A DNA stretch of 50,638 nucleotides from positions 1-50,638 of the forward strand of contig CAZVIA010000007.1 of NCBI GenBank assembly GCA_964627525.1, written 5' to 3'. Positions 14,976 through 27,529 of the stretch are shown here, one piece after another. The notes beneath the pieces were generated by a model. The model was not told the DNA's origin, made no database searches, and was given only the letters and a program-made list of their open reading frames with translations. The position numbers and the translations under genes were made by a program. Each line of letters starts with the position of its first letter. Position 1 is the first letter of the stretch. The stretch comes from an uncultured Gammaproteobacteria bacterium. GTDB lineage: Bacteria > Patescibacteriota > Patescibacteriia > Magasanikbacterales > JBBTQS01.

Positions 14976-16661
14976 ATGGAATTTAGAAGATGGTTTTCTG
15001 GGTCAAAACCAGAATCAGAATCAAGCCCAGAGCCAGCAGAAGAAGGAATTGTAAAAACAGAAGAAGATGATTTTGAAGAACAATTAAATAAACAAGGAAG
15101 GTCGCGTCGTAAATTTGTAAAAGGCATGGCTGTTGTTGGTGGTGCAGTGGCAGGTGCAGCAATAGGTGGAAAAATTAATTCTGCTGTGGCAGCAGGCGAA
15201 AAATTGGAACAACATGGAAGAGATTTGGAAAGAGCAAAAGAAATTTTAAATGGTGTTGATGGTGCAATTGAAAATATTGATAAGTTGAGAGCGGCATCTG
15301 CTGTGGAAAATGGTAGAAATGTTTTTTATATGTCGTTGGAACAAGAAGACAAAGCTCATGAAGATTTTAGAGATAAATATACAGTGGAAGGTGTTGCAAG
15401 ATTGCTTGAAGATATACATGGTGTTAGAGAAGTTATGGGTGATGAACCGTGTAGGGAAAGGATTGAGAAAGTTTTTGATCATTTAAATTATTTTGATGCA
15501 CTTGGAAGTTATTATAAATTTATTAAAGACAAGTCATACAAAGATAAAAAGTACATTAAGTTAAATACTGCTTGGAGAGTTGGTAGGCCAAAAGTAAGAG
15601 CTGATGAATTTTTGCCAAAAGGTGATGAGGTGCCAGATTTAGATATAGATCCAAGATTGCATTGGGCTGTATCTTCTGCAGTAGTTGATAAAGCTAGGAG
15701 AGATATTAAAATTTCAATAGAAAAAAATCCAGCATGGGCTGGTGAAGGTCGTCAAAAACAATTTCGTGAGTTATTAAATGATGATGAATTTAGAAAAGCT
15801 GTTTCAAAAACAGATTCAACTCTTGCAGAAGTGTATTCAATAATTAAGGCTGCAATAAAAAATTCTCCAGAAAATTCAGGAGTTGAAGATCATCGTGCTG
15901 AAGCTTTTGAATTGATTAAAGATAGAGAAGAGTTGTTGGAAAAAGAAATTATTGGGCAAAGCACAGATACTTATATTCATTTTTCTCATGAGAGAAGAGA
16001 AGGTGAGGATTTTGATGATTTGTTGGGTGATCAGTTGGGTAGTTTAACAAGGAATGATACAAAGGAAACAAAAATTGAATTCAATCATTATAATCCAGAT
16101 GCAGCTGGTGAAAAGATTTTAAATGCTTTGGCAACTAGTAAAGGTGAAACAGTAGTTTTTTTTCAAACACACGGTAGCGAAACTGGAATTACAGCAAACA
16201 ATGATAAAGATCCAGCAAAAGTTACAAGAGTTGGCGTAGAAAAAATTGCACAAGCATTGGTAAAAAGAATATTAGCAGATGATGATCCTAATGCTTTAGA
16301 AAAAATGAAAATTATTTTGACTACTTGCCATGGTTATGATTTTTCAAAAAATTTAGCTAAGGAAATTAAAAAAGAATATCGAGAAATGACTAGTATGAGT
16401 GCACCAGAAATTGGTTTGCCAACAATAATTACATCTACACAAGAAGCAAGTGTGTCTTTTCAGGGTGGGTTGGTGAATTATTTGGATAAAAATGTGCGGA
16501 ATATGAGAGAGAAAGGAAAATTAGATGGGGCAATGTTGTTAAGAAGAATACAGCCATCTGCATATCATGATGGGGATGTAACTTATATGACAAAAGCTCG
16601 TGGTAAGTGGAGAGATGTTGCTGAAGCTGGTGAGCGAGTGTCATCACAATCTGCAGCATAA
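14976..16661 (+). CDS. Hypothetical exported/membrane-anchored protein with twin-arginine-like motif and C-terminal caspase-like (clan CD) His/Cys motifs
   Basis: 561 aa; SRRKFVKG + hydrophobic segment; VVFFQTHG and IILTTCHG motifs about 53 aa apart. The peptidase call is inference. Confidence 0.6.
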   Translation: MEFRRWFSGSKPESESSPEPAEEGIVKTEEDDFEEQLNKQGRSRRKFVKGMAVVGGAVAGAAIGGKINSAVAAGEKLEQHGRDLERAKEILNGVDGAIENIDKLRAASAVENGRNVFYMSLEQEDKAHEDFRDKYTVEGVARLLEDIHGVREVMGDEPCRERIEKVFDHLNYFDALGSYYKFIKDKSYKDKKYIKLNTAWRVGRPKVRADEFLPKGDEVPDLDIDPRLHWAVSSAVVDKARRDIKISIEKNPAWAGEGRQKQFRELLNDDEFRKAVSKTDSTLAEVYSIIKAAIKNSPENSGVEDHRAEAFELIKDREELLEKEIIGQSTDTYIHFSHERREGEDFDDLLGDQLGSLTRNDTKETKIEFNHYNPDAAGEKILNALATSKGETVVFFQTHGSETGITANNDKDPAKVTRVGVEKIAQALVKRILADDDPNALEKMKIILTTCHGYDFSKNLAKEIKKEYREMTSMSAPEIGLPTIITSTQEASVSFQGGLVNYLDKNVRNMREKGKLDGAMLLRRIQPSAYHDGDVTYMTKARGKWRDVAEAGERVSSQSAA

Positions 16662-16677
16662 AATATGTTTATTAAAT

Positions 16678-17784
16678 ATGTTTAGGCGCAGATATTTAAC
16701 TCACAATAAAATTAAAATTTATAAGCAGAACTTGATACACAATTATCAAGTTCTTCAATCTATGGCTCCTGAAAAAAATATTGGTGTGATTGTTAAGAGT
16801 AATGCTTATGGTCATGGTTTGGTTCAGGTTGCACAAATTGCAGATAAATTAGGGGCGCCATATTTAATTGTTGATAGTGTTTATGAGGCTTTGATTCTTA
16901 AGGATGCTCGTGTAAAAACTCCAATAATGGTTCTTGGTTTTACTGCTACTGAAAATTTGAAAAAGAAAAAATATCCATTTACATTTGTGGTTGCTGATAA
17001 AGAGTCTTTGAAAGTGATGGTTAATTTTCAAACTCATGCGCCAATTCATGTTTTTATAAACACTGGGATGAATCGTGAGGGTTTTGATTTAAGTGAAATT
17101 GATTGGCTGATTGATTTTATAAAAACTCATCCTAAAAATAATTTTGAAGGAGTGATGTCTCATTTTGCTGAAGCTGATGTTGAGCCCACAACTAATTTAA
17201 CTGAAAAGCAAAATAAGAATTTTGATTTTGTTTTGGAGCGATTTTCTGATGCTGGAATTAATTTTAAATTTAAACATATTGATGCAACAACTGCTGTGAT
17301 GCATCAGCATAAAACTTCTTCAAATTTTGTTCGGCTAGGTCGTGCGTTTTATGGAATTGGAACTGAAAATAAATTATATGAACAGTTGAAACCTGCGATG
17401 GAGTTTTTGTCTACAATTGTAAATATTCGGAATGTTAAAAAAGGCGATGTGGTTGGTTATGGTGCTACTTTTGTTGTTGAGCAAGATATGAAAGTTGCTC
17501 TGATTCCAGCTGGCTATCAAGAAGGTGTGGAACGTCGGTTGAGTAATAAAGGTATGATGACTGTGCGAAATGTGCACTGTCCAATTGTTGGAAGAGTGAG
17601 TATGAATTATTCTATTATTGATGTGAGTAAAGTTGAAGGTGTTGGGGTGGGGGATGAAGTTATAATTTATAGTAAAAATCCTAAAGATCCAAATTCTTTA
17701 AATAACGTAAGTTTGATTTGTGAAACTATTGGACATGAAATGATGGTGCGAGTTGATCATTCTGTGAGGCGGGAAATTATTTAA
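16678..17784 (+). CDS. alr: Alanine racemase
   Basis: VKSNAYGHG (PLP Lys), INTGMNREG, VMSHFA, VGYGATF, IVGRVSMN; ATG 16678 preferred. Confidence 0.95.
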   Translation: MFRRRYLTHNKIKIYKQNLIHNYQVLQSMAPEKNIGVIVKSNAYGHGLVQVAQIADKLGAPYLIVDSVYEALILKDARVKTPIMVLGFTATENLKKKKYPFTFVVADKESLKVMVNFQTHAPIHVFINTGMNREGFDLSEIDWLIDFIKTHPKNNFEGVMSHFAEADVEPTTNLTEKQNKNFDFVLERFSDAGINFKFKHIDATTAVMHQHKTSSNFVRLGRAFYGIGTENKLYEQLKPAMEFLSTIVNIRNVKKGDVVGYGATFVVEQDMKVALIPAGYQEGVERRLSNKGMMTVRNVHCPIVGRVSMNYSIIDVSKVEGVGVGDEVIIYSKNPKDPNSLNNVSLICETIGHEMMVRVDHSVRREII

Positions 17785-17790
17785 AAAAAG

Positions 17791-17846
17791 AAAAACCTTG
17801 GGGACGCATGACGTAATAATCTTCGCCTTTATCCCAAGGTTTTTTT
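17791..17846. terminator. Bidirectional hairpin between convergent genes
   Basis: AAAAACCTTGGG...CCCAAGGTTTTT 12-bp stem. Confidence 0.55.
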
Positions 17847-17853
17847 TGTTTTT

Positions 17854-18474
17854 CTAGTTCAAGATGATGTGAGTTCGGAAAAAGAATTCGTATCCGTTTT
17901 GGTTTTTGCCTTCTTCGTCAGGCAGTCTGCGAAAGTGTACACAGAACTCAAACATAGTTGTGTTGCCAAAGGCGAGTACCATGTTTGGGCCACCACCGTA
18001 TGAGGTGATTGTGGGAGTTCCTTCGTCCAGGTCTGGATTACCCCAGCTTTCTGTTTCAACACCAAAGTGTAACCAGGGTGCGAACGGCATTGGGAAGTCC
18101 ATCATCACGAACATGTAAAGGTCGTTGGTGTTTGGCATCCAGTCAAACTCAGCCCAGTAGTACATAACATCACCGACTTTGCCAGTGAGCATGGTGGTGA
18201 GAATGAACTCATCAGCACCAAAGTCCCATCCAACTGCCAGACTTGGTTTGAATAAGTCATTTAGTTGGTACTGTGCTTCCAAGTAGGCGTTCATTTTTTG
18301 AGCGCCTGGATTGATGACAGTCCAAGCGTTCAAAGCAAGGTGATCTTCAACCGGCTGAAATCCTCCGTGCACCAAAAGTAGTGCACGAGAAGGAAACTTG
18401 TCCAAGGCCTGAACTGTACTCGAGCTCATGAAAAGAGTTGCAACTGCAATCATCGGGATTGAACTTTTTTTCAT
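17854..18474 (-). CDS. Secreted protein with beta-barrel-like amphipathic strands
   Basis: 206 aa; signal peptide ending VQA; about 11 alternating, aromatic-rich strands; SD GGAGG. Confidence 0.65.
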   Translation of the reverse strand: MKKSSIPMIAVATLFMSSSTVQALDKFPSRALLLVHGGFQPVEDHLALNAWTVINPGAQKMNAYLEAQYQLNDLFKPSLAVGWDFGADEFILTTMLTGKVGDVMYYWAEFDWMPNTNDLYMFVMMDFPMPFAPWLHFGVETESWGNPDLDEGTPTITSYGGGPNMVLAFGNTTMFEFCVHFRRLPDEEGKNQNGYEFFFRTHIILN

Positions 18475-18551
18475 CTTCAGCCTCCATGGTTTGGCTCACA
18501 ATAGTTGTCCTAAAAAACGAAAGGAATATGTGAGCTAACCTTCTTTTAACA

Positions 18552-18583
18552 TATTTGACAGGATTTGTCAAATAGGCTAAGAT
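18552..18583. promoter_or_regulatory. Overlapping back-to-back promoters (palindromic -35 pair)
   Basis: TATTTGACA-GGATT-TGTCAAATA; plus TTGACA-17-TAAGAT, minus TTGACA-17-TAAAAG. Confidence 0.6.
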
Positions 18584-18613
18584 AATACTCCCCATAGCAA
18601 AAGGAGGTGGGGT

Positions 18614-19061
18614 ATGCTAGGAACAAAGCAGGGCGCTTTGGTGCTGCTGTCGGTGTTCGTGCTGGGCTTGAGCGTGAGTGCGCAAGCACAAACCTTGAAC
18701 ATCAAGGTTGAACATCAGGGTGTGTTGAGCAGTCAACTGCCGCAGACCTATGTCCCGCAGTGGGACATTTCATTGAGTCACACGCTAGCAAAATACCCCA
18801 AGCTTTCTCTGACTGGTTGGGCCTTGGTTTATTTCTTACCTGAATTTCGAGGTGGTGCCGAAGTGGTTTTATGCGGGCCTGATGTATCGCAGAACCACTG
18901 GTTTCGGGCCACGGCTGGAATTGAATCTACCGGTTGGTACTGGCTTTGGTTTCCAGGTCTGGTCTTCGTGGGTTCCGTTGAACCTAGAGGAAGATGACCC
19001 AGACTGGACTCGGTTCCAGGTCGGAGCTGCGATCAAGTTCGGGCAAACTGCCGACGAGTAA
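18614..19061 (+). pseudogene. Frameshifted gene for a second secreted beta-barrel-like protein
   Basis: Frame A (18614-18997) has SD AAGGAGG and signal peptide ending AQA; frame +1 is open 18813-19061 with strand-like PWFISYLNFEVVPKWFYAGLMYRR...FQVGAAIKF and no start/SD of its own. Confidence 0.55.
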
Positions 19062-19226
19062 GGAATAGGGGGATAGAACGTCCATAGATTACTCGAAGTA
19101 TCACCCCAAAAACTCAGAAACCACAGGTCAAACGATTGGTGGTTTCTTTTTTTATTTAAAAAACCCCGGCTGACGCTGAGGTTTTAAAAAAAGTGTGAAA
19201 TTGGTTTACGAAAAACTTACAAAAAA

Positions 19227-22283
<3,057 letters not shown>

Positions 22284-23420
22284 ATGGCGCAAAAAAAGTT
22301 TCAATCAATTGGGAAAATTTTTAAGGGCACTGATTGGGTGCTTATTTTGTCTGTGCTAACTTTAGTGGCATTTGGTATGATTGCAATTTATAGTATTGAT
22401 GTTGGTGTGCATTCGGGTTTTTCAGAAACAAAAACTCAACTGATGGCGTTGTTGTTGGGGATTGGTGGTATGGTTGCAATTTCTCATGTGCCAAAAAGTG
22501 CGTGGCGGTCTTATAGTTTGTTGATTTATGTTTTTGGTGTGTTGGGGTTGATTTATGTTTTGATTTTTGGGGCTGAAATTCGCGGAACACAAGGTTGGAT
22601 TTTTTTGGGAAGTTTGTCTTTTCAGCCAGTAGAATTTATGAAAATTGCCATGGTCTTGTTTATGGCATATTTAATTGAAAGAAGTGGTAGGTCTTTTCAT
22701 AGTTTTTATTTTTTTAGCAAAACTATTGTGTACGCGATTTTTCCTGTGGCATTAGTTTTGTTGCAACCAGATTTAGGTTCTGCAATTGTGTTGTTAATTG
22801 TTTGGTTGGGATTAATGTTAATAGTTGGTATAAATAAAAAGTTTGTATTGGCTTTGGCCGTGGCTTTTGTTTTGATTGCAGTGTTTGCGTGGTTTTTTGT
22901 TTTGGCAAATTATCAAAAAGATCGTATAAAAACTTTTGTAGATCCAAGTCATGATCCTTTGGGTGCTGGATATAATGTTCAACAATCAATAATTGCAGTT
23001 GGTTCTGGTCGTGTGTTTGGTCGGGGTTTGGGGGCTGGTTCACAAACTCAATTAAGGTTTTTGCCAGAAGGACAAACTGATTTTATTTTTTCTGTGATTG
23101 CAGAGGAGTTGGGGTTTGCTGGTGTGAGTGTTGTATTTATTGCTTTGAGTTTGCTTTGGTATCGTTTAATAAAAATTGCATTACGAGCGCGGGATGATTT
23201 TGGATTATTTGTGGTGATGGGGTCATGTGTTTTGATTTTTGGAGAAATAGGGATTAATATTGGTGCAACTTTAGGAATGTTGCCAGTAACTGGGATTGCT
23301 TTGCCATTTGTTAGTGCGGGAGGTTCATCTTTATTAATGCATCTATTATTGATTGGTTTGGTGCTAAGTGTGAATAGGAGTGATAGCAAAATACAGGAAA
23401 GGGTTGACGTTTTTTCTTAA
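22284..23420 (+). CDS. rodA: SEDS family peptidoglycan polymerase (RodA/FtsW), RodA-like
   Basis: GTQGWI, FQPVEFMKI, QPDLGS, LPEGQTDFIFSVIAEELG, LPFVSAGGSS. Confidence 0.88.
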   Translation: MAQKKFQSIGKIFKGTDWVLILSVLTLVAFGMIAIYSIDVGVHSGFSETKTQLMALLLGIGGMVAISHVPKSAWRSYSLLIYVFGVLGLIYVLIFGAEIRGTQGWIFLGSLSFQPVEFMKIAMVLFMAYLIERSGRSFHSFYFFSKTIVYAIFPVALVLLQPDLGSAIVLLIVWLGLMLIVGINKKFVLALAVAFVLIAVFAWFFVLANYQKDRIKTFVDPSHDPLGAGYNVQQSIIAVGSGRVFGRGLGAGSQTQLRFLPEGQTDFIFSVIAEELGFAGVSVVFIALSLLWYRLIKIALRARDDFGLFVVMGSCVLIFGEIGINIGATLGMLPVTGIALPFVSAGGSSLLMHLLLIGLVLSVNRSDSKIQERVDVFS

Positions 23421-23453
23421 ATATTATATAGTTTTCTCGCTTAGATTTTTAAT

Positions 23454-24197
23454 ATGAATTACAAAATAAATTTACAAAAAAGAGAAAAAGGTCAAAAGGT
23501 TTTGCAGGAGTTAAAAACTAGTGGTTTTATTGCTGGTGTATTATATGGACCAGATCGTGAGCCAGTTCCAATTTCTGTGAAAGCTTTGGATTTTGAAAAA
23601 TTATATAGTGAAGCAGGAAGTTCTGCTTTGGTTGATTGCAAGTTTGGTGATGAAGAGTCGGTAAAGCTTTTGATTCAAGATGTTGATTGTGATCCAGTGA
23701 CAGATAGAATTCGTCATGTGGATTTTCGTCAAATTAAAATGGGTGAAAAAATGCGATTCACAGTTCCTATTGAGTTTGTTGGTGAATCTGCTGCAGTGGG
23801 TACTCTTAATGGTACTTTTGTTAAAAACACAACTGAAGTTGAAATTGAATGTTTGCCAAAAGATTTGGTTGCAAATTTGGAAGCAGATATTAGTAAGTTG
23901 GCAACTTTTGAAGACACTTTGACTGTTACTGATTTGAAAGCAGTTGAAGGTGTAGAAATTTTAGTAGATGAAAATGAAAAACTTGCTTATGTTGAGGCGC
24001 CTCGTACTGAAGAAGAAATAGCTGCTCTTGAAGAAGAAGTTAAAGAAGATGTTAGTGAAGTTGAAGGTGCTGCAGAAGATGAAGCTGCTGAAGGTAAAGA
24101 TGGTGATGATAAGGATAATAAGGGTGGAGATAAATCTGAAGATAAAAAAGAGGGGGATGAAAATAAAGGTGAAAAACCAAAAGAAGAATCTAAATAA
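23454..24197 (+). CDS. rplY: 50S ribosomal protein L25 / Ctc with acidic tail
   Basis: GFIAGVLYG, IQDVDCDPVTDRIRHVDF, VPIEFVGES, CLPKDL. Confidence 0.93.
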   Translation: MNYKINLQKREKGQKVLQELKTSGFIAGVLYGPDREPVPISVKALDFEKLYSEAGSSALVDCKFGDEESVKLLIQDVDCDPVTDRIRHVDFRQIKMGEKMRFTVPIEFVGESAAVGTLNGTFVKNTTEVEIECLPKDLVANLEADISKLATFEDTLTVTDLKAVEGVEILVDENEKLAYVEAPRTEEEIAALEEEVKEDVSEVEGAAEDEAAEGKDGDDKDNKGGDKSEDKKEGDENKGEKPKEESK

Positions 24198-24210
24198 TGA
24201 AGGAATAAAA

Positions 24211-25389
24211 ATGTTTAAGTTCCGCTCGGTACTTACATTGGTGATATTACTAGTAGTCATGCTTGGAGCTATGGCTGCTGGTTTTGTTTATAAACAAATT
24301 GTTGGCGAGCCGATTGTTGATGTACAAAAAGTTGAAGAGTTTTTTAATATTGATGAGGGTGAAAAATTTGTGCGAACATTGGATGGGGTTTTTGTTAAGC
24401 ATGAGGAAGAAGTTCAGCCTGTTGTTACAGCCATAATGATAGATAATCATCCAGAAGCAAGACCTTCTATTGGGTTGGCTCAAGCATCTGTTGTTTATGA
24501 AGTTCCTGTCGAAGGAAGGTTCACAAGGTTTTTGGCTTTATATGCTTTGCCAGTTGAAATTTTTGGAGAGGATTTTGAGGAAAATAAAAACCCTACTTCA
24601 ACACCTGTTGTGGTAGTGACCTCAACTTCTTATACAGGTTCAATTGGTCCAGTTAGAAGTGCTCGTCCATATTTTTTGGATATTGCAGGGGAATATAATG
24701 CTATTTATACTCATGTTGGTGGTTCGCCAGTTGCACTTTCTCAAGTAAGATCTGGGAATATAAATAATTTAAATGAATTTTTTAAAGGACATTTATTTTG
24801 GCGTGCGCAAAATCGTTGGGCACCGCATAATGTTTTGACAACATTAGAAAAAATTGAAAAAGGGCGGCTGCAGTATTTTGATGATTTAGAAAAAAGTAAT
24901 TTTGAATCTTGGAAATGGGTTGATGAGAAAAAGTCTGAAATAAAAGATTGTGAGATTTGTTTGCCGTTTATAAGTATTGATTGGAAAGATAAAAGCAATT
25001 ATATTTTGTGGGAGTTTGATTTTGAAAATAAAAAATACGATCGTTTTCGGGATGGGGAGTTACATACTGATGTGGGTGGTGCTGGAATTTATGCAGACAC
25101 AATTGTTGTGCAGTATGTAAAGTCGCATGTGATTGATAATGTTGGTAGGTTGGATATTGATATTGTTGGTGAAGGTGAGGTTGAAATTTATCACGGTGGT
25201 AATGATCCAGCAAAAGGTATTTGGAAAAAAGATGGGCGTTATGAACGCACAAAGTTTTTTGTAGCAGATGAAAATGGTGAGGCTGATGAAGATCGAGAAA
25301 TTTATTTAAGGCGTGGGAAAGTTTGGGTTGAGGTTGTGCCAGAAGGTGTGAAAGTGGATGGGTTTTTTTCAAAAGATGGGGAAGAGTAA
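24211..25389 (+). CDS. DUF3048-family exported protein
   Basis: IMIDNHPEARPSIGL, VYEVPVEGRFTRFLA, GPVRSARPY, RWAPHNV, RGKVWVEVVP; ATG 24211 preferred. Confidence 0.85.
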   Translation: MFKFRSVLTLVILLVVMLGAMAAGFVYKQIVGEPIVDVQKVEEFFNIDEGEKFVRTLDGVFVKHEEEVQPVVTAIMIDNHPEARPSIGLAQASVVYEVPVEGRFTRFLALYALPVEIFGEDFEENKNPTSTPVVVVTSTSYTGSIGPVRSARPYFLDIAGEYNAIYTHVGGSPVALSQVRSGNINNLNEFFKGHLFWRAQNRWAPHNVLTTLEKIEKGRLQYFDDLEKSNFESWKWVDEKKSEIKDCEICLPFISIDWKDKSNYILWEFDFENKKYDRFRDGELHTDVGGAGIYADTIVVQYVKSHVIDNVGRLDIDIVGEGEVEIYHGGNDPAKGIWKKDGRYERTKFFVADENGEADEDREIYLRRGKVWVEVVPEGVKVDGFFSKDGEE

Positions 25390-25480
25390 GTGTGGTTGGG
25401 TTGGAAGTTAGATTAAGCTGGGAATTGAATTAAGGGGATTTTTTTGATAAAATAATTTTATTGGACAAGAGGAGGAGGTC

Positions 25481-25717
25481 ATGACAGAAAGCCACATGCG
25501 CTCTGGACAAAAGATGCGCGTTGTTGGTTTGCATGGAGATCCAGGTAGGATCTTTGATAGGTTTCTTCGACCACCACAAGGTGTGGATTTGAGCGCTCGC
25601 AAAGTTGGGGTGGAGTGTGTGCTGGGACGGCGCACTCACTTTGATGATTTGTGGGTTGTGAAGTACGCCGAAGGTGGGAAGACTTTGCACAGACCTGGAG
25701 AGCTCGTGCCTTTGTAG
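25481..25717 (+). CDS. Small hypothetical protein (GC-rich ORFan)
   Basis: 78 aa; strong SD GGAGGAGG; downstream hairpin AAAAAACAGAG...CTCTGTTTTTT. Confidence 0.6.
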   Translation: MTESHMRSGQKMRVVGLHGDPGRIFDRFLRPPQGVDLSARKVGVECVLGRRTHFDDLWVVKYAEGGKTLHRPGELVPL

Positions 25718-25863
25718 GGGAAAGGTGCGTAGCTTTTGTATGGTGTCGTGCATGTCCAAAAATCAAACTAACAAAAAACAGAGTAGGGAGCTCTGTTTTT
25801 TGGATTAAATAAAATCTACTGAAAGGAAGAAAATGTTAATTAGAATATTGTTGCAATGAATTT

Positions 25864-26595
25864 TTACATTCCTAAATAATTACCAACCAAAATACTAATC
25901 ACATTCATAAATACAGCAAGTGTGATTGCGTTTTTCTTTGTGATGATTTCTTTGTTCATTTTGAAAATAAAGATTGATTCAATTATTATCACAATCAACT
26001 CAAACCAATAATAAGAATAAGGAAGTGCTTCAAAAAATGGATACACAAACCACATCAAAGGAAGTGTGATTATATTTGCTAATAATACAGCAAACAATAA
26101 TTTTAGTTTTGTTTTTGTTATGCGTGCGTATGCAAAAGCAACTAACAGTTCAACAACTAATGTTAGTAGTACAGCAAAAAATAATTTATACCAATCATAT
26201 TGTGCAATAGGTGTTGTTTCTGTGATAAATAATTTGTCTTGTTCAACACTTACACTAAAAACAGAATTAAATCCTCTGTGTTCAAAAATTTTACTTTCTC
26301 TTTGTTTGTCTGTGAAGTTTATAATTAATTTATGATATGGACTAAAACCATAAGATAGTGCTTTGCATGAATTTTCTTTGCATGAAAATCCTTGTGGTCC
26401 TAATTCTTGTAATGGAGCTGATTTGTTACACTGACTATCTTCACATTCAAGAAGTTGACCATCAATAACATCAACTTGCTCATTAACATTAAAACTAAAA
26501 TCAAATTCCATTGTTGGTTTTGGGCCAATGTCTGCAAAAGTGATTGAAGGGATTAATAGGAGTGTAATAATGAGTAGAGTTTTGAAAAATTTCAT
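25864..26595 (-). CDS. Membrane protein: signal peptide, small Cys-containing domain, four C-terminal TM helices
   Basis: FA-DIGPKP after signal; Cys pairs; hydrophobic C-terminus; ATG 26595 overlaps the upstream stop. Confidence 0.7.
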   Translation of the reverse strand: MKFFKTLLIITLLLIPSITFADIGPKPTMEFDFSFNVNEQVDVIDGQLLECEDSQCNKSAPLQELGPQGFSCKENSCKALSYGFSPYHKLIINFTDKQRESKIFEHRGFNSVFSVSVEQDKLFITETTPIAQYDWYKLFFAVLLTLVVELLVAFAYARITKTKLKLLFAVLLANIITLPLMWFVYPFFEALPYSYYWFELIVIIIESIFIFKMNKEIITKKNAITLAVFMNVISILVGNYLGM

Positions 26596-27371
26596 ATGGT
26601 TGGTTGGTTTTTTATGGCGATTATTACTTGTGAACAAGGAAAAAGTTTTGTGAGCCAGTTTGGCATTAATGAAAGGAAAAAATAATAAACTAATGAACGT
26701 CGCGATTCTCGATTGTAATATCCTGTAAAATTATATTGCTTAATTGTTTGAAATTGGGTGTGCAATAGTTTTTTGTATTCAGAGCGAGTGTAATTTTTTT
26801 CTTGAATCTCGTTTCTATCAGTGTGTTTTTTAAAAAGTTTGTTAAAAACTTTTGGACAAGATGGTTCTAACAACAAGTATAGTTTACCATTATTTTTTAA
26901 TACTCGATAACATTCAGCAATGCTTTTATTTGGGTTTTGAATATGATGAAATCCAGCAAAGAAAAAAATTTGATTAAAAGCATTGCCTTGGGTTGGAATT
27001 TTTTCTGCTTCAATTATCCATTTCTCGTCTATTTTTGTGTTAAAAAAATTCTCAAATTTAGTGCTTGTTTTTACAGCAGTCAAAGAGCTGTCTGAATAAT
27101 AAAGATTGATTTTGTTTTTAAAGCGATTTTTTAAATAAGCTGCGTGCATGCCATAGCCACCAGCTAATTCTAAAACATTTCCCGAAAATTCTAATTTGTA
27201 TTTATTAATAATTTCTTCAAACAACCAAACTGATCGTGCTTTCCAAAAAATTTGTTTGTGTAATTCTTTTACAGAGCACATTGATTTTTCACTTGCAAAA
27301 AAATCATCTTCTATTTTTTGAGAGGGGTTTAGGTTTGTGTGAAAAATTTTTATTGGACTGTGTTGGTCCAT
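26592..27371 (-). CDS. Class I SAM-dependent methyltransferase
   Basis: VLELAGGYG motif I, FFAGFHHI, ECYRVLKNNG. Confidence 0.85.
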   Translation of the reverse strand: MDQHSPIKIFHTNLNPSQKIEDDFFASEKSMCSVKELHKQIFWKARSVWLFEEIINKYKLEFSGNVLELAGGYGMHAAYLKNRFKNKINLYYSDSSLTAVKTSTKFENFFNTKIDEKWIIEAEKIPTQGNAFNQIFFFAGFHHIQNPNKSIAECYRVLKNNGKLYLLLEPSCPKVFNKLFKKHTDRNEIQEKNYTRSEYKKLLHTQFQTIKQYNFTGYYNRESRRSLVYYFFLSLMPNWLTKLFPCSQVIIAIKNQPTI

Positions 27372-27529
27372 AAATATTGATAAAAGTTTGAAATCCAGTG
27401 CCGGAAAGTTTTGAACTTCCGAATTGTGTGATTCACTGAACAGGCTCCTGATTAGGTTAATACAATAATAACACAGTTGTCTTTATTTAATTAAAAATAA
27501 TTGATTAGTGACACAGAATTTTCTTCAAT

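Noticed and set aside
24000-24197. Low-complexity acidic/lysine tail of L25 as a novel repeat
   Set aside because: Typical disordered tail of Ctc-type L25 proteins.
24028-24210. Long N-terminal extensions in the ORF track (also 16600 alr, 21431 gyrB, 21318, 33813 thyA)
   Set aside because: The extensions overlap neighbouring genes, promoters or terminators; internal ATGs give family-typical lengths.
27395-27480. SAM riboswitch upstream of the methyltransferase
   Set aside because: A CAGTG/CACTG stem enclosing a hairpin exists on the minus strand, but no SAM-I/II/III consensus is present; treated as an unexplained weak structure.
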